A DNA stretch of 64,000 nt from the NCBI GenBank assembly GCA_951406725.2, contig OX597839.1:32302001-32366000 (forward strand), read 5' to 3'. The stretch comes from Octopus vulgaris. Lineage: Eukaryota. Below the pieces are notes generated by a model. That model saw only the letters and a program-made list of their open reading frames with translations, was not told the origin of the DNA and did not search any database. The position numbers and the translations under genes are program-made. Below, one piece after another: positions 53,020 through 64,000 of the stretch (positions are counted from its first letter, which is position 1; each line of letters begins with the position of its first letter).

Positions 53020-53409
53020 GAGGAGGCGCAATGGCCCAGTGGTTAGGGCAGCGGACTCGCGGTCGTAGGATCGCGGTTTCAATCCCCAGACCGGGCGTTG
53101 TGAGTGTTTATTGAGCGGAAACACCTAAAAGCTCCATGAGGCTCCGGCAGGAGATGGTGGTGATCCCTGCTGTACTCTTTCACCACAACCTTCTCTCACT
53201 CTTTCTTCCTGTTTCTGTTGTACCTGTACTTCAAAGGGCTGGCCTTGTCACTCTCTGTGTCACGCTGAATATCCCCGAGAACTACGTTAAGGGTACACGT
53301 GTCTGCGGAGTCCTCAGCCACTTACACGTTAATTTCACGAGCAGGCTGTTCCGTTGATTCGGATCAACCGGAACCCTCGTCGTCATAACCGACGGAGTGC
53401 TTCCCTTAA
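53020..53409 (+). mobile_element. Full-length SINE C
   Basis: TSD atatatttctgat at 53007-53019 and 53410-53422. Confidence 0.9.
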
Positions 53410-53481
53410 ATATATTTCTGATTAAAGGATGGATTTTAAATCAGACATCGTTAAATTTTAATGCAGCCAACAGGAAATTAA

Positions 53482-53690
53482 TTACTCTTTTACTTGTTTC
53501 AGTCATTTGACTGCGGCCATGCTGGAGCACCGCCTTTAGTCGAGCAAATCAACTCCGGGACTTATTCTTTGTAAGCCCAGTACTTATTCTATCGGTCTCT
53601 TTTTGCCGAACCGCTAAGTGACGGGTACGTAAACACATTAGCATCGGTTGTCAAGCAATGCTAGGGGAACAAACACAGACACACAAACAA

Positions 53691-53741
<51 letters not shown>

Positions 53742-53901
53742 TACGACAGGCTTCTTTCAGTTTCCGTCTACCAAATCCACTCACAAGGCTTTGGTCGGCC
53801 CGGGGCTATAGCAGAAGACACTTGCCCAAGATGCCGCGCAGTGGGACTGAACCCGGAACCATGTGGTTGGTTAGCAAGCTACTTACCACACAGCCACTCC
53901 T
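53482..53901 (-). mobile_element. Full-length SINE A
   Basis: Complete head-to-tail match. Confidence 0.9.
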
Positions 53902-54358
53902 GTAGAAAAAGGAAAAAATTGTAGAAAAAGAAAAAAAATTAAAAAATGCGAACTTATATATTTCAAATGAATGTTTTGAAAATTGAAAAAAAAAACCCCA
54001 GAAAATATTATAGCGTGTAAAATATAAATTATACCTTTGGTGTAGAATTCTTACATAGAAAAGTGTAAACAAAATTTACACGCTATAAACACGAAACTTT
54101 GGGGTCGGCGACGGCGGTGGTAGAAGGGTGGTGGTGATGGTGGAGCTTCTTATGGTGGAAATTATTTTGCACACTGCTCACTGTGCCGGGGATTTTGTAC
54201 AGCCACCTACTGGCATTTTCTTATTCTTCATCTTTCTCCCTTTGTTCTTGTTGCACTCTATCTATCTATGTATCTGTCTGTCTGTCTGTCTGTTTGTCTT
54301 TCTGTCTGTCTGTTCGTCTCTCTCTCTCTCTCTCTCTCTATCATGCATGACTGTAATA

Positions 54359-54406
<48 letters not shown>

Positions 54407-54576
54407 AGGAGTGGCTGTGTGGTAAGTAGCTTGCTTACCAATAACATGGCCCCGGGTTCAGTCCCACTGCGTGGCACCTTGGGCAAGTGTCTTCTACTAT
54501 AGCCTCGGGCCGACCAATGCCTTGTGAGTGGATTTGGTAGATGGAAACTGAAAGAAGCCCGTCGTATATATATATA

Positions 54577-54607
<31 letters not shown>

Positions 54608-54818
54608 TTGTGTGCCTGTGTTTACCCCCTCACCATCGCTTGACAACCGATGTTGGTGAGTTTACGTCCCCCGTAACTTAGCGGTTCGGCAAAAGGGACC
54701 GATAGAATAAGTACAAGGCTTACGAAGAATAAGTCCTGGGGTCGATTTGTTCGACTAAAAGTTGTTGCTCCAGCATGGCCACAGTCATATGACTGAAACC
54801 AGTAAAAGAACAAAAGAA
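54407..54818 (+). mobile_element. Full-length SINE A
   Basis: aggagtggctgtgtggtaag (A box), gggttcagtccc (B box), ccttgggcaagt, internal (TA)(TG)n, and tail. Confidence 0.9.
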
Positions 54819-55095
54819 TATACACACATACATACATACATACATACATACATACATGATCTCATGCAGTTGACCCGAATCAGTGCCATGGCCTGTCTCC
54901 CTGTTTGATACAGACCAGCCAGCATTTGCTCGTGACAGACGCAGTTTTGTCCCAGCACCAAATCCACTGGAAGACACGACAACAAGGATGTTTTCAGCGT
55001 TTCCGGAGCCATTTAGTTCTTCCCATCCGCCAGGATATTTCTCTCTTATTAAACCATAGAACAAGAAGTGTGTGTATTTGTAGCTGTACATGTTG

Positions 55096-55366
55096 ATGTG
55101 TGTTTGTGTGAGTGTTTGTGTGTATGTGTGTTTGTGTTTGTGTGTTTGTGTGAGTGTGTGTGCGTTTGTGTGAGTGTGTGTGTGTGTGTGTTTGTGTGAG
55201 AGTGTGTGTGTGTGTTTGTGTGTGTGTATGTGTGTTTGTGTGTGTGAGAGTGTGTGTGTTTGTGTGAGAGTGTGTGTGTGTGTGTGTGTGAGAGTGTGTG
55301 TGTGTGTTTGTGTGTGTGTATGTGTGTTTGTGTGTGTGTGAGAGAGTGTGTGTTTGTGTGAGAGTG

Positions 55367-55436
<70 letters not shown>

Positions 55437-55693
55437 TGTTTGTGTGTTTGTGTGAGTGTGTGTGTGTGTGTGTGTGAGAGTGTGTGTGTGTGTGTTTGTG
55501 TGAGAGTGTGTGTGTGTGTGTGTGTGAGTGTGTGTGTGTGTGTATGTGTGTTTGTGTGAGTGTGTGTGTATGTGTGTTTGTGTGAGTGTGTGTGTTTGTG
55601 TGAGTGTGTGTGTATGTGTGTTTGTGTGAGTGTGTGTGAGTGTGTGTGTTTATGTGTGTGAGTGTGTGTTTGTGTGAGTGTGTGTTTGTGTGA

Positions 55694-55775
<82 letters not shown>

Positions 55776-56033
55776 TTGTGTGAGTGTGCGTGTGTGTATG
55801 TGTTTGTGTGAGTGTGTGTGTGTGTGTGTGTGTGTTGATGTGTGTGGATGTATAAGTGTATGTATGCATGCTTGTGCAAGTGTGGATATATGTGTGTGTG
55901 TGTGTCTATATGGATGGGTGTAAACGTTTAAGAGCTTATCTGCGTGGATGTATGTGGATGTACGTGTGTGTATGTGTGTAGGATCATGCGTGTGTGTGTC
56001 TGAGAGCGTGTGTGTGTGTCTGAGAACGTGTGT

Positions 56034-56122
<89 letters not shown>

Positions 56123-56486
56123 TGTCTATCCTCTCCGTCACTGAGAGTCGCCACTTATCTCCTTATTCAATGCAATGAAGTTGATAAGCGAAAAAACATC
56201 CTGGTAGATAAGGACTTAAGAGATTCGGAAATGCTGTAGACATCCTTGTTTCAGCCATTCCAGGAAATATGGTTCTGGGACAGAATCACGTCTGTCAAGC
56301 GCAAATACTGTTTTTTTTAAAAAATATATATACGCAGGACCACGGGAGCAGGGAGATGGGGGCCATAGAACTGATGGGGGTCAACTGTAGTTCTTTGAGT
56401 GATTCTCAAATCATATAACCTAAAGGATAGGTTGGCCAGAAACGGTGAGAGCGTCGGACAAAATGCACACACACACACACACACAC

Positions 56487-56522
<36 letters not shown>

Positions 56523-57095
56523 TACATACACACACACACATACATACATACGCACATACATATACACACACACATATAGACAGACATACATACACACACA
56601 TACATACACACACACATATATACATACGCACATACATACATACGAACATACATACATACATACATACATACGTACATACATACATACATACATACATACA
56701 TACATACATACATACACACATACATACACACATACATACACATACATACATACATGCACACACATACATACATACATACACACACATACATACATACGCA
56801 CATACATACATACGCACATACATACATACATACATACATACATACATACATACATACATACATACATACATACATACATACATACATACATACACATACA
56901 TACATACATACATACATACAAACATACATACATACATACATACATACATACATACATACATACAAACATACATACATACATACAAACATACATACATACG
57001 TACAAACATACATACATACATACAAACATACATACATACGTACAAACATACATACACACATACATACATACATACATACATACATACATACACAT
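55096..57095. repeat. Compound (TG)n array (55096-56120) and (CA)/(CATA)n array (56465-57095)
   Basis: Directly visible. Confidence 0.95.
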
Positions 57096-57699
57096 GTTAT
57101 GCATATATATGAGAAGTTCCTCCGTCAGAGCGACGAAGATCATCAGAGTCATCATCCTCCTTAACGATCAACTGATGACTTGTGCAGTGCTCTTCGTCAC
57201 CCCTCCTCTCTCTCTCTCTTGTCCGTGACCATCTTCAGTCCAGTGGACAAGACCAGGTCTGGAAGGAGACGGATGCGGTGGATGACCACGACATGGCATT
57301 TGCCGCATCTTGCTCTCTGCTTCCCACAATGCATTGCTGCAGCTCCATTCAACCATGAAGCATCCTTCCGCAGAGTCCGCAGAGAAGTTTTCCAGTCGTT
57401 GTTGTTGTTGTTGTTTAATCTCAGGCCAGCCCTGATCAGAGACGTTCCAGATGTGACAATCCAGTCTTTATGTTTTTCTCTCTTCAGACACCACAAAGTC
57501 TACCATGGACGACACTTTTAACACATGTCCTTCTTTTCTTTCTCGCCACCATTCTATAAGACAATACAAAATGCTCGATTTCAAATGAAATTAGGTTCTT
57601 CTTTCACGCAAAGTCCGACGCCAACGTATGTCGAAGCTCCATCGGTCGGCACGTGCTTGATGCGACATCAGGTGCACGTGGACACGTGTATGTATGTGC

Positions 57700-57769
<70 letters not shown>

Positions 57770-57801
57770 CATACATATATATACACATATATACATATAC
57801 A

Positions 57802-57833
<32 letters not shown>

Positions 57834-57843
57834 CATACATAAA

Positions 57844-57891
<48 letters not shown>

Positions 57892-57919
57892 TACATACAT
57901 ACATACATACATACATACA

Positions 57920-57955
<36 letters not shown>

Positions 57956-58181
57956 TATATACAGTATATATATATATAATGTGATCATGGAACATTGCGT
58001 AGGAATTGTACAGTGTGGTGGTGTTGGGGACATTTGAAGTGGAACTCGATGAGGTGTGGCGTGTGGTGGTGGTGGTGGTGGTGATGGTGGTGGGTGGTGG
58101 TGAAGCGAAGGAACTGCCAGTCCTGTCCACGAATATCGATCCGCTAACTTTGGCCCACATTCTTTCTCCTTTTATTTTCAG

Positions 58182-58233
58182 GCTTCTTCCAAAGATGGTC
58201 GGCGTAAGCAATCGATTCTGTTTGAACTAACAG
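58182..58233 (+). CDS. Candidate 52-nt internal exon ([17 protein letters not shown]) of an unidentified gene
   Basis: Branch-point-like GCTAAC at 58143-58148, pyrimidine tract tctttctccttttattttcag|, an open frame, and donor CAG|GTTTGC (alternative GC|GTAAGC after 58203). Confidence 0.4.
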
Positions 58234-58272
58234 GTTTGCTGTCTCTGTTGGAGAAAGGACACACACATAAAC

Positions 58273-58305
<33 letters not shown>

Positions 58306-58895
58306 CATAAATACACATTTATACATGCATATATACATACATATATATATATATATGTGTATATATGTATATATATATATGTATATATATATGCATGTAT
58401 ATATATATATATACAGATAGATATATATATAGATATAGATGTATGTATATATGCATGTATATGTGTGTGTGTATATATATATATATGTATGTATATATAT
58501 AAATAACCTGTGCGATTGTATCTATATATTTAAATTGGTAAAAGTATATTTACAGTTCTATAGACACAGGCAAATGCATATATACACACACACACACTCT
58601 CTCTCTCTCTCTCTTTCTCTGTCTGTCTGTCTGTCTCTCTCTCTCTCACACGCACACACATGTATGTATGCCCACACACACGCATACATACACATTTGTG
58701 TGTGTTTATAAATAACTACCAAAAATTTTCCGTGTGTAGGTGTGTGTCCAGGTAGGGACATATGCGTTTGTCTGTCTGCAAGTGTCTTCGTATTTTTTCA
58801 AGTACTTAAATATAAGAGAAACGTTAGAAGGTGGGCGCCGTGTATATCTGTTTACCTGCTTTACGTTCGCCTCTTCCTGACTGAATGGACACACT

Positions 58896-59300
<405 letters not shown>

Positions 59301-59586
59301 CGCTACCAGTTCAATTTTGCAACATTCATTCACAACTCTTCACCGTTTTTAAACCTCTCACATCTTTATTGTTATTACTATATAGTACTTAGTACAAATT
59401 TATGAAATCTTAGACTTAAATTTCTCTATGAATTGTTATTATTATTATTTTTTTTTCTTCTTCTTTCAAATTTGCTTCCATTTCTTGCCGAGTGTCTTCC
59501 CGACTCCTAGGGCAAAGAAACTCATAGTATACATTGGTAGGCCATTAAACTAAACTCAATAGTTCGTTCATTTTTTAATTAAAAAA

Positions 59587-59640
<54 letters not shown>

Positions 59641-60120
59641 GAGTGAGAGGGCAGTGCACGCCATCAAAGTGACACTGGGGTACAAATATACGAAGCCCAG
59701 TATATCCATCATGACTACCCCTCTGATAAGGGTACACTAGGCACATGCATCACAACCATATGTGCGCAACATGGTGATCTCGTATCAAGATGATTAGCGC
59801 ATGACCTTGCAGGTGGGGCCCAGTTAGAATTTTCTTCTGGTCGAGTAACCCATCCCGCTCAAAAGGTCCCTGAATAAGTATTGCTTAAAGATGCTGAACG
59901 AACCATCTATGTTTCCAAAGGTGAATTTTCCAAACCTCTAAGAATTCCTCTCAACACATGGCTATGATGCTCCCCCACTACTTCTGCTCGTGATCAGTGA
60001 TGCACATATCGTCAGCCACTAAGGGACATGCTTGACTGGTTATGGTCAAACAACTGACAAGCAAATCTGTGGTATTGAGCAGAATATTTGCTGTAGGCCA
60101 TCTTTTATACCAACACAAAC
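59641..60120 (-). mobile_element. Element D, truncated at its right end, in (ATT)n
   Basis: Matches 5553-6030. Confidence 0.9.
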
Positions 60121-60122
60121 CA

Positions 60123-60168
<46 letters not shown>

Positions 60169-60169
60169 T

Positions 60170-60555
60170 AGCAGAATCGTTAGGATGCCGGCCGAAATAC
60201 TTAGCAGCATTTTGTCTGCCATTTCATCTGAGTTCAGATTCTGCCGAGGTCGACTTTGCTTTTCATCCTTTCGGGGTCGATAAATTAAGTACCAGTTGAG
60301 TACTGGGGTCGATGTGATCGATTATCCCCCTCCTAACAAAATCCAGGCCTTGTGCCTATAATAGAAAGGATTATTATTATTATTTTTATTTTTATTTACA
60401 TCGACCCCAGTGCATAACTGGTACGTATTTTATCGAACCCGAAAAGATGAAAGGTAAAGTCGATCTCTGCGGCATTTGAACTTAGAATGTTAAGCCGGAC
60501 GAAATACTACAGAGCATTTTGTCCGGCGTACTAACTATTCTGTCAGCTCGCAGCC
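60170..60555. mobile_element. Two SINE B copies tail-to-tail (+ 60170-60375; - 60398-60555)
   Basis: Family B core present in both orientations. Confidence 0.75.
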
Positions 60556-61076
60556 TTTGTGCTTCTTAATATTAAAAGCCTTTGAAATCAAAAGAGAAGT
60601 TTTCGAACGAAATTACAGTAAAAGCTCTTTTAAATATTTTCACATCCTGTTAAAAACAAGCAAGTTCATGATTGATTTTCAGCGTTCAAAATCAATTATC
60701 GAACATCATTGAGTGACCTGCTGAACAATTTATTTTGGTAGGTTTCTTTTATTTTGGAGAAAATGCGAAATTCGTTGAGCTGAAAGTGTGATTTTGGACG
60801 ACTTGGATTTGGAAGTGTGGATTGATTTGGATAACTTCCAGATGATGTAACGAATCGATTTCGATAAATTCGAGATCGATTCACGAGATGTAACTGATTG
60901 ATTTATTAAGAAGGTCGATACTGCAAAACGTTTATAGATTTTGGAGGATGGATTAGAAAACATTCAAAGAGAAATGGCGAAAATAAGATTCTTAAACAAC
61001 CGAGTTTCAATCTTGAAACTATCAACCGTCTTTAAGAAAAAGTTTTGCACAAACAATAGGAAGAGTATTTTTCTGA

Positions 61077-61464
61077 GGAGGCGCAATGGCCCAGTGGTTA
61101 GGGCAGCGGACTCGCGGTCATAGGATCGCGGTTTCGATTCCCAGACCAGGCGTTGTGAGTGTTTATTGAGCGAAAACACCTAAAAAAGCTCCACGAGGCT
61201 CCGGCAGGGGATGGTGGTGATCCCTGCTGTACTCTTTCACCACAACTTTCTCTCACTCTTACTTCCTGTTTCTGTTGTACCTGTATTTCAAGGGGCCGGC
61301 CTTGTCACTCTCTGTGTCACGCTGAATATCCCCGAGAACTACGTTAAGGGTACACGTGTCTGTGGAGTGCTCAGCCACTTACACGTTAATTTCACGAGCA
61401 GGCTGTTCCGTTGATTCGGATCAACCGGAACCCTCATCGTCGTAACCGACGGAATGCTTCCCCT
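61077..61464 (+). mobile_element. Full-length SINE C
   Basis: TSD tatttttctga at 61066-61076 and 61465-61475. Confidence 0.9.
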
Positions 61465-61484
61465 TATTTTTCTGAACTTAATCC

Positions 61485-61900
61485 TTTACTCTTTTACTTG
61501 TTTCAGTCATTTGACTGTGGCCACGCTGGAGCACCGCGTTTTAATCGAGCAAATCGAACCCAGAACTTATTCTTTGTAAGCCTAGTACTTATTCTATCGA
61601 TTCTTTTTGCCGAACCGCTAAGTTACGGGGGACGTAAACACACCAGCATCGGTTGTCTAGCGATGTTGGGGGGACAAACACAGACACACAAACACACACA
61701 CACACACACACACACATACATATATATATATTTACATACATACGACGGGCTTCTTTCAGTTTCCCTCTACCAAATCCACTCACAAAGCTTTGGTCGGCCC
61801 GAGGCTATAGTAGAAGACACTTGTCCAAGGTGCCATGCAGTGGGACTGAACCCGGAACCATGTGGTTGGTAAGAAAGCTACTTATCACACAGCCACTCCT
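61485..61900 (-). mobile_element. Full-length SINE A
   Basis: Complete match. Confidence 0.9.
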
Positions 61901-62055
61901 ACGCCCATACGCATAATCACTTTTAAGCTATCCCTACAGATATTCTATAGAATGTGAGCCAGCAGTAAAAGTTATGACGTTTCGTATCTGAATACGTCTA
62001 TATAAACAATGCGATCGGCGATAGAAAAATAAGTAATGGATATATATATATATGA

Positions 62056-62350
62056 TTGTTCCTTCTCGAGCCATGCCTGGCTCATTAGGGCTGGTTTCCC
62101 AGTTTCCTTGGCGTATAGGTTCCCCGCCTGGACGGGACGCCGGTCTGTCGCAGGTGAGCTGCAAGATGCAGAAGGAAAGAGTGAAAGTTGTGGGAAAGAG
62201 TCAGCAGAAGTTTCACCATTACCTTCTGCCGGAGCCGCGTGGAGCTTAGGTCTTTCGCTCATAAGCACACACATCGCCCGATCTGAGATTCGAACCCGCG
62301 ATCCCTCGACTGCGAATCCGCTGCTCTAACCACTAGACCATGTGCCTCCA
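62056..62350 (-). mobile_element. SINE with C-like head and tail Z
   Basis: Reverse-complement head ggaggcacatggtctagtggttagagcagcggattcgcagtcgagggatcgcgggttcgaatctc; tail shared with 46150. Confidence 0.75.
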
Positions 62351-62732
62351 CACACACACACACATGTATATGTGTGCGTGTGTGCACATTTCAGGAGTTA
62401 TTGCTCTGTCTTCAGCGTTACAATGGTTAACGATTGAGTCCATCGTTATAGCGATGAATTTTGTCCGATATAATTATAGGAGTAACAACATCGTTGATGA
62501 AACCGGTGCGGCGTGCGTAACTCGTGAAACTGTCGAGTACGAGCTTCGATAAAAATTTATTCGTCGTCGTCGTCGTCGTTGCTACAACAGCAAAAGTCTC
62601 ACGTTGAGTGTTGGTAATGAACCTGGCTTCGGTGAGTTCTAATCAGCCTGGATCAATCTAAAACATTCAACAGAATCAACTAGCGTTACTTGTACGTGTG
62701 TGTGTGTGTGTGTGTGTGTATACATACATACA

Positions 62733-62815
<83 letters not shown>

Positions 62816-63349
62816 ACATACATACAAATACATACATATACATACGTACAAAAATACATGCATATATACATACATACATGCCTACATACATACATGCATA
62901 CATATATGTATATGTATAGGCGTGCGTGTATGTGTGTGCGTATATGTATATTGATGTATGCGTGCTTGCATTTATGTATATCCATGTACGCACACGTACA
63001 TACATACATACATACATACATACATACATACATACATACATACATACATAGATACATACAGATTTATTGATATATCCGTGTATCTGATTTTTTTTGTGTA
63101 TACATCTCTCTATATGAACTGTTTGTGCGCCCACATTCATATACGTATGTATATATGTATGAATGTATGTATGTATGTATGTATGTATGTATACATAAAT
63201 GTATTAACAAAATTCTATTTGATATAGGTGTGTAAATGCAATTTTACTTGTCTATAGATTTTTGCCAATGCTGGCTAATTTAATATTAATAGTTTCCATT
63301 AGGCTGCCTAGAGCTTTTTAGAATTAACCTGAGAGAATCTTGGTCAACT

Positions 63350-63495
63350 TGGCACCGCCATCTTGTCGAGGCTGGGAAAAATAATCGATATTTTCTGTGA
63401 GCGAAATCACGTGAGGTCAGAGGAGTTTGGTGATGTCATCACTAACGAACTGACAGCATCTGATATTGGTGATGTACAACAGCCAATCGCCACCA
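63350..63495 (-). promoter_or_regulatory. Promoter-like motif cluster
   Basis: YY1-type CAAGATGGCGG on (-) at 63355-63365, TCACGTGA at 63407-63414, TGATGTCA at 63431-63438, and two CCAAT boxes (~63465 reverse, ~63483) in non-repetitive sequence. Confidence 0.4.
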
Positions 63496-63599
63496 ACACC
63501 GATCGAGTAAATCTATGATCAAAGATATTCCAGCCGTGACCATCATGTAATTTTTCTTATAAGAACAACATAGCTAAGATTGGTATAGTTTTCATGGTC

Positions 63600-63890
63600 G
63601 TCTTTTACTTGTTTCAGTCATTAGACTGCGCCCATACTGGGGCACCGTATTGAAGAATTTTCGTCGAACGAATTAAGCTTAGCACTCTTACTTATTCTGT
63701 GAGCCTTTTTTGACAAACCGCTAAGTTACAGGGAGTAAAGACATCGGTTAACAAGTGGTGGTGATGGTGGTGGTGGATAAAAGCAGAGACACACACATTG
63801 AGCTTGTTTCAGTTTCCAAGTGTCAAGTCGGCACACAAGGCTTTGGTTGGCCAGAGACTGTAGTAGAAGACATTTGCCCAAGGTACCGTG
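63600..63890 (-). mobile_element. Degenerate SINE A copy
   Basis: tcttttacttgtttcagtca..aaccgctaagttac..cacaaggctttggttggcc. Confidence 0.7.
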
Positions 63891-64000
63891 TAAAAGTTAT
63901 GAAAAATTAATTATACGGGTCGATGGCTTTTATATTTTGCTTTTACTAAGTATTTCAATATTTCAGGGTTAATACATCGTCCTCAGGAAATCTTCATCAT

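Noticed and set aside
53136-53357. Recurring ORF MVVIPAVLFH...FTSRLFR (also 21098 and 61211)
   Set aside because: A chance frame inside near-identical SINE C copies, not a gene family.
54008-54088. 14-bp inverted repeat ttatagcgtgtaaa
   Set aside because: Short and AT-rich with no TSD; may be chance or an unclassifiable MITE relic.
54860-55070. Minus-strand open frame REKYPGGWEELNGSGNAENILVV...
   Set aside because: No recognisable domain or good splice sites; the ORF is extended by flanking repeats.
57100-57400. Possible RTE 3' fragment or exon (KTRSGRRRMRWM)
   Set aside because: Only one weak motif; neither a TE nor an exon could be supported.

Overview
This is AT-rich animal DNA that is intronic or intergenic and saturated with microsatellites. 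Its repeat families match what I recall of Octopus/coleoid cephalopod genomes; that assignment is an inference. No complete protein-coding gene can be supported, and almost all supplied ORFs are translations of (TA)n/(CA)n/(TATG)n/(ATT)n tracts. The window is a mosaic of mobile elements. tRNA-headed SINE families are labelled here A, B, C and I. Retroelement remnants include a (TAA)n-targeted R4/Dong-type LINE end, a non-coding element (D) that occupies the same ATT tracts, RTE and CR1/L2-like LINE fragments, and Penelope-like GIY-YIG remnants. DNA transposon remnants are pogo/Tigger, Tc1, mariner, hAT-type and Helitron. There is also a tRNA-Thr(TGT) pseudogene. The most notable hidden signal is a set of minimal type-I hammerhead-ribozyme motifs with palindromic stem III, carried by short non-coding repeats, including a ~198-nt tandem dimer that looks retrozyme-like. 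Other candidates are a pre-miRNA-like hairpin, a 171-bp SINE-derived B-box satellite, several long palindromes, two or three possible small + strand exons, and a promoter-like motif cluster near 63.4 kb. Repeat boundaries were read by eye and are approximate unless TSDs or TIRs are quoted.
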